DNA of 64,000 nucleotides from Octopus vulgaris (lineage: Eukaryota): the NCBI GenBank assembly GCA_951406725.2, contig OX597836.1:39246001-39310000 (forward strand), in the 5' to 3' direction. The notes beneath the pieces were generated by a model that saw only the letters and a program-made list of their open reading frames with translations, was not told where the DNA came from and ran no database searches. Below, one piece after another: positions 55,795-64,000 of the stretch. Positions within the stretch are counted from its first letter, which is position 1. The number at the start of each line of letters is the position of its first letter. Both the position numbers and the translations under genes were made by a program.

Positions 55795-56184
55795 TATATA
55801 TATATATATACACACACAAACACATACATATGTTTGATTTAAATTGTGGTGGAGAATAAAGCTAAAATTACTGAGAATGCCAGACAGTGTGTGTGTATAG
55901 AACCAGTGAAAAAATGTGTGTGTATGTATATATATATATATAGTTAGTGGGAAAATGTGTGTATGTATGTATAACAAATGACAAACAAATGGAGATGTAT
56001 ATTTGCTTCAATTGTTACGTTAGAAATTTATTCAGTGTAGTCATAAGACATTACATCATATTTCACAAAACTCCAACTTCATCAGTGAGTGAGAAAAAGC
56101 GTGTGTGTGTGTGTGTGCGCATTTATGTATGTACGTATGTATGTATGTAAGTATATATGCATACACACATGCACACATACTCTT

Positions 56185-59100
56185 TACTCTCTTACTTTTT
56201 TCGGTCATTTGACTGTGGCCATGCTGGAGCACCGTCTTTAGTCGAGCAAATCGACCCCAGGACTTCTTCTTTGTAAGCCTAGTACTTATTCTATCGGTCT
56301 CTTTTACTTGTTTCGGTCATTTGACTGTGGCCATGCTGGAGCACCATCTTTAGTCGAGCAAATCGACCCCAGGACTTCTTCTTTGTAAGCCTAGTACTTA
56401 TTCTATCAGTCTCTTTTACTTGTTTCGGTCATTTGACTGTGGCCATGCTGGAGCACCGCCTTTAGTCGAGCAAATCGACCCCAGGACTTCTTCTTTGTAA
56501 GCCTAGTACTTATTCTATCGGTCTCTTTTACTTGTTTCGGTCATTTGACTGTGGCCATGCTGGAGCACCGTCTTTAGTCGAGCAAATCGACCCCGGGACT
56601 TCTTCTTTGTAAGCCTAGTACTTATTCTATCGGTCTCTTTTACTTGTTTCGGTCATTTGACTGTGGCCATGCTGCAGCACCGCCTTTAGTCGAGCAAATC
56701 GACCCCAGGACTTCTTCTTTGTAAGCCTAGTACTTATTCTATCAGTCTCTTTTACTTGTTTCGGTCATTTGACTGTGGCCATGCTGGAGCACCGCCTTTA
56801 GTCGAGCAAATCGACCCCAGGACTTCTTCTTTGTAAGCCTAGTACTTATTCTATCGGTCTCTTTTACTTGTTTCGGTCATTTGACTGTGGCCATGCTGGA
56901 GCACCATCTTTAGTCGAGCAAATCGACCCCAGGACTTCTTCTTTGTAAGCCTAGTACTTATTCTATCGGTCTCTTTTACTTGTTTCGGTCATTTGACTGT
57001 GGCCATGCTGGAGCACCATCTTTAGTCGAGCAAATCGACCCCAGGACTTCTTCTTTGTAAGCCTAGTACTTATTCTATCGGTCTCTTTTACTTGTTTCGG
57101 TCATTTGACTGTGGCCATGCTGGAGCACCGCCTTTAGTCGAGCAAATCGACCCCAGGACTTCTTCTTTGTAAGCCTAGTACTTATTCTATCAGTCTCTTT
57201 TACTTGTTTCAGTCATTTGACTGTGGCCATGCTGGAGCACCGCCTTTAGTCGAGCAAATCAACCCCAGGACTTCTTCTTTGTAAGCCTAGTACTTATTCT
57301 ATCAGTCTCTTTTACTTGTTTCAGTCATTTGACTGTGGCCATGCTGGAGCACCGCCTTTAGTCGAGCAAATCGACCCCAGGACTTCTTCTTTGTAAGCCT
57401 AGTACTTATTCTATCAGTCTCTTTTACTTGTTTCAGTCATTTGACTGTGGCCATGCTGCAGCACCGCCTTTAGTCGAGCAAATCGACCCCAGGACTTCTT
57501 CTTTGTAAGCCTAGTACTTATTCTATCAGTCTCTTTTACTTGTTTCGGTCATTTGACTGTGGCCATGCTGAGCACCGCCTTTAGTCGAGCAAATCGACCC
57601 CAGGACTTCTTCTTTGTAGGCCTAGTACTTATTCTATCAGTCTCTTTTACTTGTTTCGGTCATTTGACTGTGGCCATGCTGGAGCACCGCCTTTAGTCGA
57701 GCAAATCGACCCCAGGACTTCTTCTTTGTAAGCCTAGTACTTATTCTATCAGTCTCTTTTACTTGTTTCAGTCATTTGACTGTGGCCATGCTGGAGCACC
57801 GCCTTTAGTCGAGCAAATCGACCCCAGGACTTCTTCTTTGTAGGCCTAGTACTTATTCTATCAGTCTCTTTTACTTGTTTCAGTCATTTGACTGTGGCCA
57901 TGCTGGAGCACCGCCTTTAGTCGAGCAAATCGACCCCAGGACTTCTTCTTTGTAGGCCTAGTACTTATTCTATCAGTCTCTTTTACTTGTTTCGGTCATT
58001 TGACTGTGGCCATGCTGGAGCACCGCCTTTAGTCGAGCAAATCGACCCCAGGACTTCTTCTTTGTAGGCCTAGTACTTATTCTATCAGTCTCTTTTACTT
58101 GTTTCAGTCATTTGACTGTGGCCATGCTGGAGCACCGCCTTTAGTCGAGCAAATCGACCCCAGGACTTCTTCTTTGTAGGCCTAGTACTTATTCTATCAG
58201 TCTCTTTTACTTGTTTCGGTCATTTGACTGTGGCCATGCTGCAGCACCGCCTTTAGTCGAGCAAATCGACCCCAGGACTTATTCTTTGTAAGCCTAGTAC
58301 TTATTCTATCAGTCTCTTTTACTTGTTTCAGTCATTTGACTGTGGCCATGCTGGAGCACCATCTTTAGTCGAGCAAATCGACCCCAGGACTTCTTCTTTG
58401 TAAGCCTAGTACTTATTCTATCAGTCTCTTTTACTTGTTTCAGTCATTTGACTGTGGCCATGCTGGAGCACCATCTTTAGTCGAGCAAATCGACCCCAGG
58501 ACTTCTTCTTTGTAAGCCTAGTACTTATTCTATCAGTCTCTTTTACTTGTTTCGGTCATTTGACTGTGGCCATGCTGGAGCACCGTCTTTAGTCGAGCAA
58601 ATCGACCCCAGGACTTCTTCTTTGTAAGCCTAGTACTTATTCTATCAGTCTCTTTTACTTGTTTCGGTCATTTGACTGTGGCCATGCTGGAGCACCGCCT
58701 TTAGTCGAGCAAATCGACCCCAGGACTTCTTCTTTGTAAGCCTAGTACTTATTCTATCAGTCTCTTTTACTTGTTTCAGTCATTTGACTGTGGCCATGCT
58801 GGAGCACCGCCTTTAGTCGAGCAAATCGACCCCAGGACTTCTTCTTTGTAAGCCTAGTACTTATTCTATCAGTCTCTTTTACTTGTTTCAGTCATTTGAC
58901 TGTGGCCATGCTGGAGCACCGTCTTTAGTCGAGCAAATCGACCCCAGGACTTCTTCTTTGTAAGCCTAGTACTTATTCTATCAGTCTCATTTACTTGTTT
59001 CAGTCATTTGACTGTGGCCATGCTGGAGCACCGACTTTAGTCGAGCAAATCGACCCCAGGACTTCTTCTTTGTAAGCCTAGTACTTATTCTATCAGTCTC

Positions 59101-60556
59101 TTTTACTTGTTTCAGTCATTTGACTGTGGCCATGCTGGAGCACCGCCTTTAGTCGAGCAAATCGACCCCAGGACTTCTTCTTTGTAAGCCTAGTACTTAT
59201 TCTATCAGTCTCTTTTACTTGTTTCAGTCATTTGACTGTGGCCATGCTGGAGCACCGCCTTTAGTCGAGCAAATCGACCCCAGGACTTCTTCTTTGTAAG
59301 CCTAGTACTTATTCTATCAGTCTCATTTACTTGTTTCAGTCATTTGACTGTGGCCATGCTGGAGCACCCTCTTTAGTCGAGCAAATCGACCCCAGGACTT
59401 ATTCTTTGTAAGCCTAGTACTTATTCTATCAGTCTCATTTACTTGTTTCAGTCATTTGACTGTGGCCATGCTGGAGCACCGCCTTTAGTCGAGCAAATCG
59501 ACCCCAGGACTTCTTCTTTGTAAGGCCTAGTACTTATTCTATCAGTCTCTTTTACTTGTTTCAGTCATTTGACTGTGGCCATGCTGGAGCACCGCCTTTA
59601 GTCGAGCAAATCGACCCCAGGACTTCTTCTTTGTAAGCCTAGTACTTATTCTATCAGTCTCTTTTACTTGTTTCAGTCATTTGACTGTGGCCATGCTGGA
59701 GCACCGCCTTTAGTCGAGCAAATCGACCCCAGGACTTCTTCTTTGTAAGCCTAGTACTTATTCTATCAGTCTCTTTTACTTGTTTCGGTCATTTGACTGT
59801 GGCCATGCTGGAGCACCGTCTTTAGTCGAGCAAATCGACCCCAGGACTTATTCTTTGTAAGCCTAGTACTTATTCTATCAGTCTCTTTTACTTGTTTCGG
59901 TCATTTGACTGTGGCCATGCTGCAGCACTGCCTTTAGTCGAGCAAATCGACCCCAGGACTTATTCTTTGTAAGCCTAGTACTTATTCTATCAGTCTCTTT
60001 TACTTGTTTCGGTCATTTGACTGTGGCCATGCTGGAGCACCATCTTTAGTCGAGCAAATCGACCCCAGGACTTCTTCTTTGTAAGCCTAGTACTTATTCT
60101 ATCAGTCTCTTTTACTTGTTTCAGTCATTTGACTGTGGCCATGCTGGAGCACCGTCTTTAGTCGAGCAAATCGACCCCGGGACTTCTTCTTTGTAAGCCT
60201 AGTACTTATTCTATCGGTCTCTTTTACTTGTTTCAGTCATTTGACTGTGGCCATGCTGGAGCACCGTCTTTAGTCGAGCAAATCGACCCCAGGACTTCTT
60301 CTTTGTAAGCCTAGTACTTATTCTATCAGTCTCTTTTACTTGTTTCAGTCATTTGACTGTGGCCATGCTGGAGCACCATCTTTAGTCGAGCAAATCGACC
60401 CCAGGACTTCTTCTTTGTAAGCCTAGTACTTATTCTATCAGTCTCATTTACTTGTTTCAGTCATTTGACTGTGGCCATGCTGGAGCACCACCTTTAGTCG
60501 AGCAAATCGACCCCAGGACTTATTCTTTGTAAGCCTAGTACTTATTCTATCGGTCT
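56185..60556 (-). repeat. Satellite of 112-bp units (~39 copies) derived from the 3' end of SINE type A
   Basis: Period 112 (the pattern at 56281 recurs at 59641, 30 units later); unit matches ~43301-43418 in reverse. Confidence 0.97.
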
Positions 60557-61203
60557 TACATCCTGTATTGCATTCATGAGGTTCCATGCACACGCAACAT
60601 CCGTGCTACATTCTTCCATCGGTCTTCAAACATTTTCACAGTCAGGCATTTTCTCTCTAGCCCTATTTTCCTTTTAAGGTGAAAGGTGAAGTAATTCACC
60701 AATTCAGGGCCATATACACAGTAGCTTGAACTTGCGCTATGTTCAGGTTAAGGGATTCTGTTCATATTACAGTAAGAAAATGCCTAAGGGTGTTAAATGC
60801 TTCCTCTTACATTTCCGGGTACCCCCGCCGCTAATAGCAGCAGGCACTTTGAATCAGATTTACCTAATTTGTGAGAGCGTTTTTGTACAGCTGGCGCAAA
60901 TTCTTGTATGAACCATTCTGTGAACAAGTGTTGATTCATCCATCTGTTTTTTGAAGAATAATATGATACTAGTAAAGGTGAAACCCTTTTCAATGCTCGG
61001 GGACACTTAGATTTACCGGTGACAAGAAGCTTCAGTTTGTGAGTTCCAGAAGCATTAGCATGTACTATCACTGAAAGTCTCCCTTTATTTAATTTGAATC
61101 CCTTTATTTTCTGCTCCTCTGATCCAGCTAAAGTTTTTGTGGGTAATTATTTCCAATTTATACCAGATTTATCAGCATTGTAAATATTATCTGGTGTTAA
61201 AGT

Positions 61204-61480
61204 GGAGGCACATGGCCTAATGGTTAGAGCAACGGTTTCGGCGAATCTCAAACCGGACGATGTGTGTGTTTATGAGCGAAACACTTAAGCTCCACGCGGC
61301 TCCGGCAGAAGGTAATGGCAAAACTTCTGACTCTTTCGCCACAAGTTTCTCTCACTCTTTCCTCCTGCATCTTGCAGCTCACCTGTGACGGACCGGCATC
61401 CCGTCCAGGTGGGGAGCCTATACGCCAAGAAACCGGGAAACCGGCCCTTATGAGACAGGCATGGCTCGAGAAGGAACATA
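61204..61480 (+). mobile_element. SINE type C, tail variant 4, inserted in the transposase
   Basis: 15-bp TSD TATCTGGTGTTAAAG at 61188-61202 and 61507-61521. Confidence 0.88.
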
Positions 61481-61921
61481 TTTATATATATATACATATA
61501 TATATATATCTGGTGTTAAAGCATAATCCTCAATTATCTTTTTGAATTTTTCACAATAAGTTGCCACTGAGAGCATATCACCTGAACATTGTTCACCTGA
61601 CATTGTTAATTGGCATGTGTCATGTCTACTCTTAAAACTCCTAAACCAGCCTCAGCTGAATTTCATATCCCTTGTGCTATTCTACTCTTTCTTACGAGAC
61701 TTTGCTTTAGCAAGTAGCATTGGTCCTGATAGTGCTATACCTTCATTTCACTTTGATAAAACCCATTCATGTAATATTTTATCAAATTCAACTTGCTTTG
61801 GTACACGAAGGGTCCTCCTTTTAATTTGTCTTCTTTTATTCTCAGAGAGAGGAGGAGCAGCATTCAATATTTCCTCCTTGTTCTTTTGGATGTAGAACAG
61901 TGTGCTCCTTCCAATCTTATA

Positions 61922-62195
61922 GTTCGTTCGTTTATTGGCCACAAGGGCTAACAAAAATCAATTAAAACTTAAAGGGACAAAACACAGGACGAAAGTTACA
62001 AAGGGTTTTGTCCGTTTGAAAAAAGTCTGTGTACAAAAGCAGGATTACTGTTTCAATCTCATTCTGAGACTTAATAATGAAATATAAGTAACAATTAAAA
62101 CTCCCAATAGGGGGAGGCGCTTCGAAAGGTTACTCGTGGAAAAACCCATAAAGGCCACGGGAGCCTGGTCAAAAGTGGGGTCTTTCTGTATATCA
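61922..62195 (-). mobile_element. Tx1-like LINE 3' UTR fragment inserted in the transposase
   Basis: Minus strand ends TTAGCCCTTGTGGCCAATAAAC followed by GAAC repeats and resembles 28640-28890. Confidence 0.6.
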
Positions 62196-62549
62196 CTATT
62201 TGCAATTCCTGTATCTAATTTTTCTAGAATTTGACGTCTTTCAAGTAACGTTAGTGTAACTTATTTTCTTTTAGAATTATATGCCATTATGATGGAGGTT
62301 GCTTTACATTGTTTTCAACACAATAAGGTAGTCTGAAAAGAAGCAGAATATACAGTCAGTGGGAATTATCATTTGTTAACCTACATCAATTACACAATAC
62401 CTGGATTAGTATTTCAGTACAATACCTGACTAAGACTATTTAAACTATTTCACTGCATTGAATATACAAATAAAATTTGAGTTATTTAAAAAGTCCAAGT
62501 TTAGAGGAAGTCCAAATTAGAGGAGTTCTACTCTATGTGTATATATGTG

Positions 62550-62596
<47 letters not shown>

Positions 62597-62792
62597 AAAA
62601 TGAGGGTGAAAAAATTGGATATTAATTTAATAACATCAATTTAACACCAGTGGTTTAGCGCGCTCGCTTACATTCATGGTGTGCTAAATTTTTCTTGAGA
62701 ACAATTCTTAGTGGTTGAGACTCATGCGGATCTCTTTTTAGCGTAAGGGCGTCCACATAGTGGATTCTCTCTCATATTTTTATATATATATA

Positions 62793-62905
62793 TCACCGTG
62801 ACCGACCAGGCTATCAGATGTTGCTACACATCACTGGTCACAATGCACTTTGCATTGTTTTAGCCTTCAAATGATGCCACCCCGCTGGCTAAGCGAGCAG
62901 GCCAG
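62793..62905 (-). mobile_element. SINE type C tail-3 fragment (5'-truncated)
   Basis: Matches 63436-63548. Confidence 0.8.
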
Positions 62906-63435
62906 TATATATATATATATAATAATTATTTGAGGGAATATTAATCCTAACTTACAGGGAAAAAATTCAGTTATATATGTTTTTATTATTTTCTTAAGTT
63001 TTTGCAATTTACTTAATCATCGGTATTTTATTGTTATTTTAATTTTAATATTTCTATTATACGTAATTTTCTAGATGGTGTAATTTAATTGTTCATTTTG
63101 AATTGATAGAGTGTTTTTTTCTAATTTTTATATATATATATGTGTATATATATGTGTGTGTGTGTATATATATATATACAGAAACACACAGCTAGTAAAA
63201 TATGAATTTAGTTTGGCAGGTTTACCATTGTACATATGTGAGTGTCATTCCCCATATCAGATCATTCAGTGGACTTCTTTTGTCAAACCATAAAAGCATA
63301 TTTAACACAAACATAAAAGCATTTAATGCACTTTGCTTTTGAAAGGGTAGAGCAAGATGTGGCTGCTATTTCACATTCTGTATGACTTCAGATGCACCAC
63401 CCAGTCATGCACTTCATTCAGTTCCTATGTATAAA

Positions 63436-63737
63436 TATCACCGTGACCGACCAGGTTATCAGATGTTGCTACACATCGCTGGTCACAATGTGCTCCCATT
63501 GTTTTAGCCTTCAAGTGACGCCACCCTGCTGGCTAAGCGAGCAGGCCAACAGAAGAAAGAGTGAGAGAAAGTTGTGGCGAAAGAATACAGCAGGTATCGC
63601 CCCCACCCGCTGCTGGATCTTGTGGAGCTTTAGCTGTTTTCGCTCAATAAATACTCACAACGCCCGGTCTGGGAATCGAAAATGCAATCCTACGACCGCG
63701 AGTCTGCTGCCCTAACCACTAGGCCATTGCGCCTCCA
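63436..63737 (-). mobile_element. SINE type C, full length, tail variant 3
   Basis: Complete head to ..CTGGTCGGTCACGGTGATA. Confidence 0.9.
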
Positions 63738-63762
63738 CACACACACACACACATATATATGT

Positions 63763-63996
63763 GGAGGTGCAATGGCCTAGTGGTTAGGGCAGCGGACTCG
63801 CGGTTGTAGGATCGCGGTTTCGATTGCCAGACCGGGTGTTGTGAGTGTTTGTTGAGCGCTACCACCCCCTGTCGGAGCCTCGTGGAGCTTTAGGTGTTTT
63901 CGCTCAATAAACACTCACAATGCCCGGTCTGGGAATCGAAACAGCAATCCTACAACCACGAGTCCACTGCCCTAACCACTGGGCCATTGCGCCTCC
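63763..63996. mobile_element. Two SINE C heads in inverted orientation
   Basis: Plus head 63763-63858 joined to minus head ~63860-63996. Confidence 0.85.
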
Positions 63997-64000
63997 TTTG

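Larger units (their letters stand above)
60557..62535 (-). mobile_element. Decayed Tigger/pogo DNA transposon (CENP-B-like HTH plus DDE transposase pseudogene) with two nested insertions
   Basis: MAYNSKRK*VTLTLLERRQILEKLD, EFDKILHEW, SGPMLLAKA, IYNADKSG, ANASGTHKLKLLVTGKSKCPR, WMNQHLFTEWF; TIR-like AGTAGAACTCCTCTAATTTGGAC at the right end. Confidence 0.85.

Noticed and set aside
56185-60556. CRISPR-like regular array
   Set aside because: Units are near-identical over their whole length with no unique spacers, no cas genes are present, and the unit is a SINE tail.

Overview
Gene-poor, AT-rich eukaryotic DNA made almost entirely of microsatellites and transposon debris. The SINE families and the extreme (TA)n/(TACA)n/(AAT)n density point to an octopus (coleoid cephalopod) intron or intergenic region; this is inferred from recalled repeat families, not a database match. 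No host protein-coding exon could be supported, and nearly all ORFs in the track are translated microsatellites or SINE read-throughs. Real coding remnants are fragments of R4/Dong-like (RLE), Tx1/L1-like and RTE non-LTR retrotransposons and a decayed Tigger/pogo transposase. Four tRNA-headed SINE types (working labels A-D), non-autonomous Helitrons, MITEs and tandem arrays are also present. Best leads: (1) type I hammerhead ribozyme motifs in short (TA)n-embedded, probably Penelope-like cassettes, one with an intact catalytic core (55248-55333, minus); (2) a modular SINE system in which two SINE tails match the 3' ends of LINEs in the same window (Tx1-like and RTE); (3) a 4.4-kb, 112-bp-unit satellite built from a SINE tail through a short microhomology; (4) SINE multimers with a recurrent junction. 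Coordinates were read by eye, and element edges are approximate.
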